From: Eledone cirrhosa
Taxonomy: Eukaryota
Length of the DNA: 64,000 nt
Reading direction: 5' to 3'
Assembly: GCA_964016885.1 (NCBI GenBank)
Contig: OZ024743.1
Span: 140,926,001-140,990,000 of the forward strand
This document shows, one piece after another, positions 48,301 to 59,400 of the stretch; position 1 is the first letter of the stretch; each line of letters starts with the position of its first letter. Made by a program: the position numbers and the translations under genes. The notes beneath the pieces were generated by a model. The model made no database searches. It was not told where the DNA came from and worked only from the letters and a program-made list of their open reading frames with translations.

Positions 48301-50170
48301 TGGTGTTTGGTGCTTGGTGTTTGGTGCTTGGTGTTTGGTGCTTGGTGTTTGGTGCTTGGTACTTGGTGCTTGGTGCTTCGTGTTAGGTGTTTGGTGCTTG
48401 GTGCTTGGTGTTTGGTTTTTGGTGCTTGGTGCTTGGTGTTTGGTGTTTGGTGCTTGCTGCTGTCTGCTTGGTGTTTGATGCTTGGTGATTGGTGCTTGGT
48501 GTTTTGTGTTTGGTGCTTGGTGCTTGGTGTTTGGTGCTTGGTGCTTGGTGTTTGGTGCTTGGTGCTTGGTGTTTGGTTTTTGGTGCTTGGTGTTTGGTGT
48601 TTGGTGTTTGGTGCTTGCTGCTGGCTGCTTGGTGTTTGATGCATGGTGATTTGTGCTTGGTGTTTGGTGCTTGGTGTCTGGTGTTTGATGCTTGGTGCTT
48701 GGTGTTTGGTGTTTGATGCTTGGTGCTTGGTGCTTGGTGCTTGGTGCTTGGTGTTTGTTGTTTGGTGTTTGCTGTTTGGTGTTTGGTGTTTGCTTTTTGG
48801 TGTTTGGTGTTTGCTGTATGTTGTTTGGTGTTTGGTGTTTGGTGTTTGGTGTTTGGTGTTTGGTGCTTGTTGCTTGGTGTTTGGTGCTTGGTGCTTGGTG
48901 TTTGTTGCCTGGTGCTTGGTGCTTGGTGCTTGGTGTTTGGTGTTTGGTGCTTGGTGCTTGGACTTTGGTGTTTGGTGCTTGGTGCTTGGTGTTTCGTGTT
49001 TCGTGTTTGGTTTTTGGTGCTTGGTGCTTGGTGCTTGGTCCTTGGTGTTTGGTGCTGGGTGCATTGTGTTTGGTGCTTGGTGCTTGGTGCTTGGTGTTTG
49101 GTGTTTGCTGCTTGGTGTTTGCTGCTTGGTGCTTGGTGGTTGGTGTTTTGTGTTTGGTGCTTGGTGCTTGGTGTTTGGTGCTTGGTGCTTGGTGCTTGGT
49201 GTTTGGTTCTTGGTTCTTGGTGTTTGGTGTTTGGCGTTTGGTGTTTGGTGCTTGGTGCTTGGTGTTTGGTGCTTGGTGCTTGGTGTTTGGTGCCTGGTGC
49301 TTGGTGCTTGGTGCTTGGTGTTTGGTGTTTGGTGCTTGGTGCTTGGTGCTTGGAGTTTGGTGTTTGGTGCTTGGTGCTTTGTGTTTTGTGTCTGGTGTTT
49401 TGTGTTTGGTGCTTGGTTCTTGGTGTTTGGTGCTTGGTGCTTGGTACTTGGTGTTTGTACTTGGTGCTTGGTGCTTGGTGTTTGGTTCTTGGTTCTTGGT
49501 GTTTGGTACTTGGTGCTTGGTGCTTGATGTTTGGTGTTTGGTGCTTGGTGTTTGGTGCTTGGTACTTGGTGTTTGGTGCTTGGGGTTAGGTGTTTGGTGT
49601 TTTGTGCTTGGTGTTTGGTGTTTGGTGCTAGGTGCTTGGTGTTTGGTGCTTGGTGCTTGGTGCTTGGTGCTAGGTGCTTGGTGTTTGGTGTTTGGTGCTA
49701 GGTGCTTGGTGTTTGGTGCTTGGTGCTTGGTGCTTGGTGTTTGGTGTTTGGTTTTAGGTGCTTGGTGCTTGGTGTTTGGTGCTTGGTGCTGGGTGGTTGG
49801 TGTTTGGTGCTGGGTGCTTGGTGTTTGGTGCTTGGTGCTTGGTCTTTGGTGCTTGGTGTTTGGTGTTTGGTGCTTGGTGCTTGGTGCTTGGTGTTTGGTG
49901 CTTGGTGCCTGGTGTTTGGTGCTTGGTGCTTAGTGTTTGGTGCTTGGTGCTTAGTGTTTGGTGTTTGGTGCTTGGTGCTTGGTGTTTAGTGCTTAGTGTT
50001 TGGTGCTTGGTGCTTGGTGTTTGGTGTTTGCTGTTTGCTGTTTGGTGTTTGTTGTTTGGTGTTTGTTGTTTGGTGTTTGCTGTTTGGTGTTTGGTGTTAG
50101 CTTTTTGGTGTTTGGTGTTTGCTGTATGTTGTTTGGTGTTTGGTGTTTGGTGTTTGGTGTTTGGTGCTTG
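42380..50170 (+). repeat. ~3.2-kb block (~42380-45500) repeated at ~46960-50170 (offsets 4580-4671)
   Basis: ORF pairs 42568/47148, 43176/47826, 43562/48212, 43993/48643 and 45031/49702. The marker TTGGACT occurs only at ~44308 and ~48958. Confidence 0.87.
44867..47678 (+). repeat. 1406-bp tandem duplication (44867-46272 / 46273-47678)
   Basis: Identical ORF pairs 45031/46437, 45087/46493, 45325/46731 and 45742/47148. 1406 = 200x7 + 6. Private marker GGGGTTAGGTGTTTGGTTTTTTGTGC...GGTCTTAGG in both copies. Confidence 0.93.
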
Positions 50171-52831
50171 TTGCTTGGTGTTTGGTGCTTGGTGCTTGAT
50201 GTTTGGTGCCTGGTGCTTGGTGCTTGGTGCTTGGTGTTTAGTGTTTGGTGCTTGGTGCTTGGAGTTTGGTGTTTGGTGCTTGGTGCTTGGTGTTTCGTGT
50301 TTCGTGTTTGGTTTTTGGTGCTTGGTGCTTGGTGCTTGGTCCTTGGTGTTTGGTGCTGGGTGCATTGTGTTTGGTGCTTGGTGCTTGGTGCTTGGTGTTT
50401 GGTGTTTGCTGCTTGGTGTTTGATGCTTGGTGCTTGGTGGTTGGTGTTTTGTGTTTGGTGCTTGGTGCTTGGTGTTTGGTGCTTGGTGCTTGGTGCTTGG
50501 TGTTTGGTTCTTGGTTCTTGGTGTTTGGTGTTTGGCGTTTGGTGTTTGGTGCTTAGTGCTTGGTGTTTGGTGCTTGGTGCTTGGTGTTTGGTGCCTGGTG
50601 CTTGGTGCTTGGTGCTTGGTGTTTGGTGTTTGGTGCTTGGTGCTTGGTGCTTGGAGTTTGGTGTTTGGTGCTTGGTGCTTTGTGTTTTGTGTTTGGTGTT
50701 TGGTTTTTGGTGCTTGGTGCTTGGTCATTGGTGTTTGGTGCTGGGTGCTTTGTGTTTTGTGCTTGGTGCTTGGTGTTTGGTGTTTGCTGCTTGGTGTTTG
50801 ATGCTTGGTGCTTGGTGCTTGGTGTTTTGTGTTTGGTGCTTGGTTCTTGGTGTTTGGTGCTTGGTGCTTGGTACTTGGTGTTTGTACTTGGTGCTTGGTG
50901 CTTGGTGTTTGGTTCTTGGTTCTTGGTGTTTGGTACTTGGTGCTTGGTGCTTGATGTTTGGTGTTTGGTGCTTGGTGTTTGGTGCTTGGTACTTGGTGCT
51001 TGGTGCTTGGGGTTAGGTGTTTGGTGCTTGGTGCTTGGTGTTTGGTTTTTGGTGCTTGGTGCTTGGTGTTTGGTGTTTGGTGCTTGCTGCTGGCTGCTTG
51101 GTGTTTGATGCTTGGTGATTGGTGCTTGGTGTTTTGTGCTTGGTGTTTGGTGTTTGGTGCTAGGTGCTTGGTGTTTGGTGCTTGGTGCTTGGTGCTTGGT
51201 GTTTGGTGTTTGGTGTTAGGTGCTTCATGCTTGGTGTTTGGTGCTTGGTGCTGAGTGGTTGGTGTTTAGTGCTTGGTGTTTGGTGCTGGGTGCTTGGTGT
51301 TTGGTGCTTTGTGCTTGGTCTTTGGTGCTTGGTGTTTGGTGTTTGGTGCTTGGTGCTTGGTGCTTGGTGTTTGGTGTTTGGTGCTTGGTGTTTGGTGCTT
51401 GGTGCTTAGTGTTTGGTGCTTGGTGCTTAGTGTTTGGTGCTAGGTGCTTGGTGTTTGGTGCTTGGTGCTTGGTGTTTGGTGCCTGGTGCTTGGTGTTTGG
51501 TGTTTGGTGTTTGGTGTTTGGTGTTTGCTGTTTGGTGTTTGTTGTTTGGTGTTTGTTGTTTGGTGTTTGCTGTTTGGTGTTTGGTGTTTGCTTTTTGGTG
51601 TTTGGTGTTTGCTGTATGTTGTTTGCTGTTTGGTGTTTGGTGTTTGGTGTTTGGTGCTTGGTGCTTGCTGCTGGCTGCTTGGTGCTTGGTGTTTGGTGCC
51701 TGGTACTTGGTGCTTGGTGCTTGGTGTTTGGTGTTTGGTGCTTGGTGCTTGGAGTTTGGTGTTTGGTGCTTGGTGCTTGGTATTTAGTGTTTCGTGTTTG
51801 GTTTTTGGTGCTTGGTGCTTGGTGCTTGGTCCTTGGTGTTTGGTGCTGGGTGCTTGGTGTTTGGTGCTTGGTGCTTGGTCTTTGGTGCTTTGTGTTTGGT
51901 GCTTGGTGCTTGGTGTTTGGTGCTTGGTGCTTGGTGTTTGGTGCTTGGTGCTTGGTGTTTGGTTTTTGGTGCTTGGTGTTTGGTGTTTGGTGTTTGGTGC
52001 TTGCTGCTGGCTGCTTGGTGTTTGATGCATGGTGATTTGTGCTTGGTGTTTGGTGCTTGGTGTTTGGTGTTTGATGCTTGGTGCTTGGTGTTTGGTGTTT
52101 GATGCTTGGTGCTTGGTGCTTGGTGCTTGGTGCTTGGTGTTTGGTGCTTGGTGTTTGGTGTTTGGTGCTTGGTGATTGGTGTTTCTAGTTGGTGCTTGGT
52201 GCTTGGTACTTGGTATTTGGTGCTTGCTGCTTGGTGTTTGGTGTTATATGCTTGGTGTTTGATGCTTGGTGCTTGGTGCTTGGTGTTTGGTGTTTGGTGT
52301 TTGATGCTTGGTGCTTGGTGTTTGGTGCTTGGTGCTTGGTGTTTGTACTTGGTGCTTGGTGCTTGGTGCTTGGTGTTTGGTGCTTGGTATTTGGTGCTTG
52401 GTGCTTGGTGCTTGGTCCTTGGTGCTTGGTGTTTGGTGGTTGGTGTTTGTTGGTTGGTGTTAGGTGTTTGGTGCTTGGTGCTTGGTGTTTGGTGTTTGGT
52501 GCTTGGTGTTTGGTGTTTGGTGCTTGGTGTTTGGTGCTTGGTACTTGGTGCTTGGTGCTTGGTGTTAGGTGTTTGGTGCTTGGTGTTTGGTGCTTGGTGT
52601 TTGGTGCTTGGTGCTTGGTGCTTGGTGTTTGGTGGTTGGTGTTTGGTGCTTGGTGTTTGGTGCTTGGTGTTACGTGTTTGGTGCTTGGTGCTTGGTGTTT
52701 GGTGTTTAGTGCTTGGTGTTTGGTGTTTGGTGCTTGGTGTTTGGTGCTTTTTGCTTGGTGCTTGCTGCTTGGTGTTTGGTGCTGGGTGCTTGGTGCTTGG
52801 TGTTTGGTGTTATATGCATGGTGTTTGATGC

Positions 52832-55800
52832 TTGGTGCTTGGTGCTTGGTGTTTGGTGTTTGGTGCTTGGTGTTTGATGCTTGGTGCTTGGTGCTTGGTG
52901 TTTGGTGTTTGGTGCTGGGTGCTTGGTGCTTGGTGCTTGGTGTTTGGTGCTTGGTGTTTGGTGCTTGGTGTTTGGTGCTTGGTGCTTGGTGCTTGGTGCT
53001 TGGTGTTTGGTGTTTGGTGCTTGGTGTTTGGTGCTTGGTACTTGGTGCTTGGTGCTTGGTGTTAGGTGTTTGGTGCTTGGTGCTTGGTGTCTGGTTTTTG
53101 GTGCTTGGTGCTTGGTGTTTGGTGCTTGCTGCTGGCTGCTTGGTGTTTGGTGCTTGGTGATTGGTGCTTGGTGTTTGGTGTTTGGTGCTAGGTGTTTGGT
53201 GTTTGGTGCTTGGTGCTTGGTGTTTGGTGCTTGGTGCTTGGTGTTTGGTGCTTGGTGTTTGGTGCTTGGTGTTTGGTGCTTGGTGCTTGGTGCTTGGTGT
53301 TTGGTGCTTGGTGTTTGGTGCTTGGTGTTAGGTGTTTGGTGCTTGGTGCTTGGTGTTTGGTGTTTGGTGCTTGGTGTTTGGTGTTTGGTGTTATATGCTT
53401 GGTGTTTGATGCTTGGTGCTTGGTGCTTGGTGTTTGGTGCTTGGTGTTTGATGCTTGGTGCTTGGTGCTTGGTGTTTGGTGCTTGGTGCTTGGTGTTTGT
53501 ACTTGGTGCTTGGTGCTTGGTTCTTGGTGTTTGGTTCTTGGTGTTTGGTGTTTGGTGCTTGGTGTTTGGTGTTTGGTGTTATATGCTTGGTGTTTGATGC
53601 TTGGTGCTTGGTGCTTGGTGTTTGGTGCTTGGTGTTTGATGCTTGGTGCTTGGTGCTTGGTGTTTGGTGCTTGGTGCTTGGTGTTTGTACTTGGTGCTTG
53701 GTGCTTGGTTCTTGGTGTTTGGTGCTTGGTGCTTGGTGTTTGGTGCTTGGTGCTTGGTGTTTGGTGCTTGGTGTTTGGTGCTTGGTGTTTGGTGCTTGGT
53801 ACTTGGTGCTTAGTGCTTGGTGTTTGGTGCTTGGTGTTAGGTGTTTGGTGCTTGGTGCTTGGTGTTTGGTGTTTGGTGCTTGGTGTTTGGTGCTTGGTGT
53901 TTGGTGTTAGGTGTTTGGTGCTTGGTGTTTGGTGTTTGGTTCTTGGTGTTTGGTGCTTGGTGTTGGTGCTTGGTGTTTGGTGCTTGGTACTTGGTGCTTG
54001 GTGCTTCGTGTTAGGTGTTTGGTGCTGGGTGCTTGGTGTTTGGTTTTTGGTGCTTGGTGCTTGGTGTTTGGTGTTTGGTGCTTGCTGCTGGCTGCTTGGT
54101 GTTTGATGCTTGGTGATTGGTGCTTGGTGTTTTGTGCTTGGTGTTTGGTGTTTGGTGCTAGGTGCTTGGTGTTTGGTGCTTGGTGCTTGGTGCTTGGTGT
54201 TTGGTGTTTGGTTTTAGGTGCTTGGTGCTTGGTGTTTGGTGCTTGGTGCTGGGTGGTTGGTGTTTAGTAATTGGTGTTTGGTGCTGGGTGCTTGGTGTTT
54301 GGTGCTTGGTGCTTGGTCTTTGGTGCTTGGTGTTTGGTGTTTGGTGCTTGGTGCTTGGTGCTTGGTGTTTGGTGCTTGGTGCTTGGTGTTTGGTGCTTGG
54401 TGCTTAGTGTTTGGTGCTTGGTGCTTAGTGTTTGGTGTTTGGTGCTTGGTGCTTGGTGTTTGGTGCTTACTGTTTGGTGCTTGGTGCTTGGTGTTTGGTG
54501 TTTGCTGTTTGCTGTTTGGTGTTTGTTGTTTGGTGTTTGTTGTTTGGTGTTTGCTGTTTGGTGTTTGGTGTTTGCTTTTTGGTGTTTGGTGTTTGCTGTA
54601 TGTTGTTTGGTGTTTGGTGTTTGGTGTTTGGTGTTTGGTGCTTGGTGCTTGGTGCTTGGTGTTTGGTGTTTGGTGCTTGGTGTTTGATGCTTGGTGCTTG
54701 GTGCTTGGTGTTTGGTGTTTGGTGCTGGGTGCTTGGTGCTTGGTGCTTGGTGTTTGGTGCTTGGTGTTTGGTGCTTGGTGTTTGGTGCTTGGTGCTTGGT
54801 GCTCGGTGCTTGGTGTTTGGTGTTTGGTGCTTGGTGTTTGGTGCTTGGTACTTGGTGCTTGGTGCTTGGTGTTAGGTGTTTGGTGCTTGGTGCTTGGTGT
54901 CTGGTTTTTGGTGCTTGGTGCTTGGTGTTTGGTGCTTGCTGCTGGCTGCTTGGTGTTTGGTGCTTGGTGATTGGTGCTTGGTGTTTGGTGTTTGGTGCTA
55001 GGTGTTTGGTGTTTGGTGCTTGGTGCTTGGTGTTTGGTGCTTGGTGCTTGGTGTTTGGTGCTTGGTGTTTGGTGCTTGGTGTTTGGTGCTTGGTGCTTGG
55101 TGCTTGGTGTTTGGTGCTTGGTGTTTGGTGCTTGGTGTTAGGTGTTTGGTGCTTGGTGCTTGGTGTTTGGTGTTTGGTGCTTGGTGTTTGGTGTTTGGTG
55201 TTATATGCTTGGTGTTTGATGCTTGGTGCTTGGTGCTTGGTGTTTGGTGCTTGGTGTTTGATTCTTGGTGCTTGGTGCTTGGTGTTTGGTGCTTGGTGCT
55301 TGGTGTTTGTACTTGGTGCTTGGTGCTTGGTTCTTGGTGTTTGGTTCTTGGTGTTTGGTGTTTGGTGCTTGGTGTTTGGTGTTTGGTGTTATATGCTTGG
55401 TGTTTGATGCTTGGTGCTTGGTGCTTGGTGTTTGGTGCTTGGTGTTTGATGCTTGGTGCTTGGTGCTTGGTGTTTGGTGCTTGGTGCTTGGTGTTTGTAC
55501 TTGGTGCTTGGTGCTTGGTTCTTGGTGTTTGGTGCTTGGTGCTTGGTGTTTGGTGCTTGGTGCTTGGTGTTTGGTGCTTGGTGTTTGGTGCTTGGTGTTT
55601 GGTGCTTGGTACTTGGTGCTTAGTGCTTGGTGTTTGGTGCTTGGTGTTAGGTGTTTGGTGCTTGGTGCTTGGTGTTTGGTGTTTGGTGCTTGGTGTTTGG
55701 TGCTTGGTGTTTGGTGTTAGGTGTTTGGTGCTTGGTGTTTGGTGTTTGGTTCTTGGTGTTTGGTGCTTGGTGTTTGGTGCTTGGTGTTTGGTGCTTGGTA

Positions 55801-56452
55801 CTTGGTGCTTGGTGCTTCGTGTTAGGTGTTTGGTGCTTGGTGCTTGGTGTTTGGTTTTTGGTGCTTGGTGCTTGGTGTTTGGTGTTTGGTGCTTGCTGCT
55901 GGCTGCTTGGTGTTTGATGCTTGGTGATTGGTGCTTGGTGTTTTGTGCTTGGTGTTTGGTGTTTGGTGCTAGGTGCTTGGTGTTTGGTGCTTGGTGCTTG
56001 GTGCTTGGTGTTTGGGGTTTGGTTTTAGGTGCTTGGTGCTTGGTGTTTGGTGCTTGGTGCTGGGTGGTTGGTGTTTAGTAATTGGTGTTTGGTGCTGGGT
56101 GCTTGGTGTTTGGTGCTTGGTGCTTGGTCTTTGGTGCTTGGTGTTTGGTGTTTGGTGCTTGGTGCTTGGTGCTTGGTGTTTGGTGCTTGGTGCTTGGTGT
56201 TTGGTGCTTGGTGCTTAGTGTTTGGTGCTTGGTGCTTAGTGTTTGGTGTTTGGTGCTTGGTGCTTGGTGTTTGGTGCTTACTGTTTGGTGCTTGGTGCTT
56301 GGTGTTTGGTGTTTGCTGTTTGCTGTTTGGTGTTTGTTGTTTGGTGTTTGTTGTTTGGTGTTTGCTGTTTGGTGTTTGGTGTTTGCTTTTTGGTGTTTGG
56401 TGTTTGCTGTATGTTGTTTGGTGTTTGGTGTTTGGTGTTTGGTGTTTGGTGC
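52832..56452 (+). repeat. 1810/1811-bp tandem duplication (52832-54641 / 54642-56452)
   Basis: ORF pairs 52881/54691 and 53455/55265 (1810); 54162/55973 and 54432/56243 (1811). Private marker TTAGTAA at ~54264 and ~56075. Confidence 0.92.
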
Positions 56453-59400
56453 TTGTTGCTTGGTGTTTGCTGCTTGGTGCTTGGTGTTTGGTGCCTGGTG
56501 CTTGGTGCTTGGTGCTTGGTGTTTGGTGTTTGGTGCTTGGTGCTTGGAGTTTGGTGTTTGGTGCTTGGTGCTGGGTGTTTCGTGTTTCGTGTTTGGTTTT
56601 TGGTGCCTGGTGCTTGGTGCTTGGTCCTTGGTGTTTGGTGCTGGGTGCATTGTGTTTGGTGCTTGGTGCTTGGTGCTTGGTGTTTGGTGTTTGCTGCTTG
56701 GTGTTTGATGCTTGGTGCTTGGTGGGTGGTGTTTTGTGTTTGGTGCTTGGTGCTTGGTGTTTGGTGCTTGGTGCTTGGTGCTTGGTGTTTGTACTTGGTG
56801 CTTGGTGATTGGTGTTTGGTTCTTGGTTCTTGGTGTTTGGTGTTTGGCGTTTGGTGTTTGGTGCTTGGTGCTTGGTGTTTGGTGCTTGGTGCTTGGTGTT
56901 TGGTGCCTGGTGCTTGGTGCTTGGTGCTTGGTGTTTGGTGTTTGGTGCTTGGTGCTTGGTGCTTGGAGTTTGGTGTTTGGTGCTTGGTGCTTTGTATTTT
57001 GTGTTTGGTGTTTGGTTTTTGGTGCTTGGTGCTTGGTCCTTGGTGTTTGGTGCTGGGTGCTTTGTGTTTTGTGCTTGGTGCTTGGTGTTTGGTGCTTGCT
57101 GCTTGGTGTTTGATGCTTGGTGCTTGGTGCTTGGTGTTTTGTTTTTGGTGCTTGGTTCTTGGTGTTTGGTGCTTGGTGCTTGGTACTTGGTATTTGTACT
57201 TGGTGCTTGGTGCTTGGTGTTTGGTTCTTGGTTCTTGGTGTTTGGTACTTGGTGCTTGGTGCTTGATGTTTGGTGTTTGGTGCTTGGTGTTTGGTGCTTG
57301 GTACTTGGTGCTTGGTGCTTGGTGTTAGGTGTTTGGTGCTTGGTGCTTGGTGTTTGATTTTTTGGTGCTTGGTGCTTGGTGTTTGGTGTTTGGTGCTTGC
57401 TGCTGGCTGCTTGGTGTTTGATGCTTGGTGATTGGTGCTTGGTGTTTTGTGCTTGGTGTTTGGTGTTTGGTGCTAGGTGCTTGGTGTTTGGTGCTTGGTG
57501 CTTGGTGCTTGGTGTTTGGTGTTTGGTGTTAGGTGCTTGATGCTTGGTGTTCGGTGCTTGGTGCTGGGTGGTTGGTGTTTAGTGCTTGGTGTTTGGTGCT
57601 GGGTGCTTGGTGTTTGGTGCTTGGTGCTTGGTCTTTGGTGCTTGGTGTTTGGTGTTTGGTGCTTGGTGCTTGGTGCTTGGTGTTTGGTGCTTGGTGCTTG
57701 GTGTTTGGTGCTTGGTGCTTAGTGTTTGGTGCTTGGTCCTTAGTGTTTGGTGCTAGGTGCTTGGTGTTTGGTGCTTGGTGCTTGGTGTGTGGTGCCTGGT
57801 GCTTGGTGTTTGGTGTTTGGTGTTTGGTGCTTGGTGCTTGGTGTTTGGTGTTTACTGTTTGCTGTTTGGTGTTTGTTGTTTGGTGTTTGTTGTTTGGTGT
57901 TTGCTGTTTGGTGTTTGGTGTTTGCTTTTTGGTGTTTGGTGTTTGCTGTATGTTGTTTGCTGTTTGGTGTTTGGTGTTTGGTGTTTGGTGCTTGGTGCTT
58001 GGTGTTTGGTGCTTGGTGCTTGGTGTTTGGTGCCTGGTGCTTGGTGCTTGGTGCTTGGTGTTTGGTGTTTGGTGCCTGGTGCTTGGTGCTTGGAGTTTGG
58101 TGTTTGGTGCTTGGTGCTTGGTGTTTCGTGTTTCGTGTTTGGTTTTTGGTGCTTGGTGCTTGGTGCTTGGTGCTTGGTGTTTGGTGCTGGGTGCATTGTG
58201 TTTGGTGCTTGGTGCTTGGTGCTTGGTGTTTGGTGTTTGCTGCTTGGTGTTTGATGCTTGGTGCTTGGTGCTTGGTGTTTTGTGTTTGGTGCTTGGTGCT
58301 TGGTGTTTGGTGCTTGGTGCTTGGTGCTTGGTGTTTGTACTTGGTGCTTGGTGTTTGGTTCTTGGTTCTTGGTGTTTGGTGTTTGGCGTTTGGTGTTTGG
58401 TGCTTGGTGCTTGGTGTTTGGTGCTTGGTGCTTGGTGTTTGGTGCCTGGTGCTTGGTGCTTGGTGCTTGGTGTTTGGTGTTTGGTGCTTGGTGCTTGGTG
58501 CTTGGAGTTTGGTGTTTGGTGCTTGGTGCTTTGTGTTTTGTGTTTGGTGTTTGGTTTTTGGTGCTTGGTGCTTGGTCCTTGGTGTTTGGTGCTGGGTGCT
58601 TTGTGTTTGGTGCTTGGTGCTTGGTGTTTGGTGTTTGCTGCTTGGTGTTTGATGCTTGGTGCTTGGTGCTTGGTGTTTTGTGTTTGGTGCTTGGTGTTTG
58701 TACTTGGTGCTTGGTGCTTGGTGTTTGGTTCTTGGTTCTTGGTGTTTGGTACTTGGTGCTTGGTGCTTGATGTTTGGTGTTTGGTGCTTGGTGTTTGGTG
58801 CTTGGTGCTTGGTGCTTGGTGTTAGGTGTTTGGTGCTTGGTCCTTGGTGTTTGGTGCTTGGTGTTTGGTGTTTGCTGTTTGGTGTTTGGTGTTTGGTGTT
58901 TGGTGTTTGCTGTTTGGTGTCTGCTTTTTGGTGTTCAGTGTTTGCTGTATGGTGTTTGGTGTTTGCTGTTTGGTGTTTGGTATTTGGTGCTTGGTGTTTG
59001 GTGCTTGGTGCTTGGTGTTTGGTGTTTGGTGTTTGGTGCTTGGTGTTTGGTGTTTGGTGCTTGGTGTTTGGTGTTTGGTGTTTGGTGCTTGGTGTCTGGT
59101 GCTTGGTGTTTGGTTTTTGGTGCTTGGTGTTTGGTGTTTGGTGTTTGGTGTTTGGTGTTTGGTGCTTGGTGCTTGGTGTTTGGTGTTTCGTGTTTGGTGC
59201 TTGGTGTCTGGTGCTTGGTGTTTGGTGTTTGGTGCTTGGTGTTTGGTGTTTGGTGTTTGGTGCTTGGTGCTTGGTGCGTGGTGTTTGGTGTTTGGTGCTT
59301 GGTGTTTGGTGCTTGGTGCTGGGTGGTTGGTGTTTGGTGCTTGGTGTTTGGTGCTGGGTGCTTGGTGTTTGGTGCTGGGGGCTTGGTGTTTGGTGCTTGG

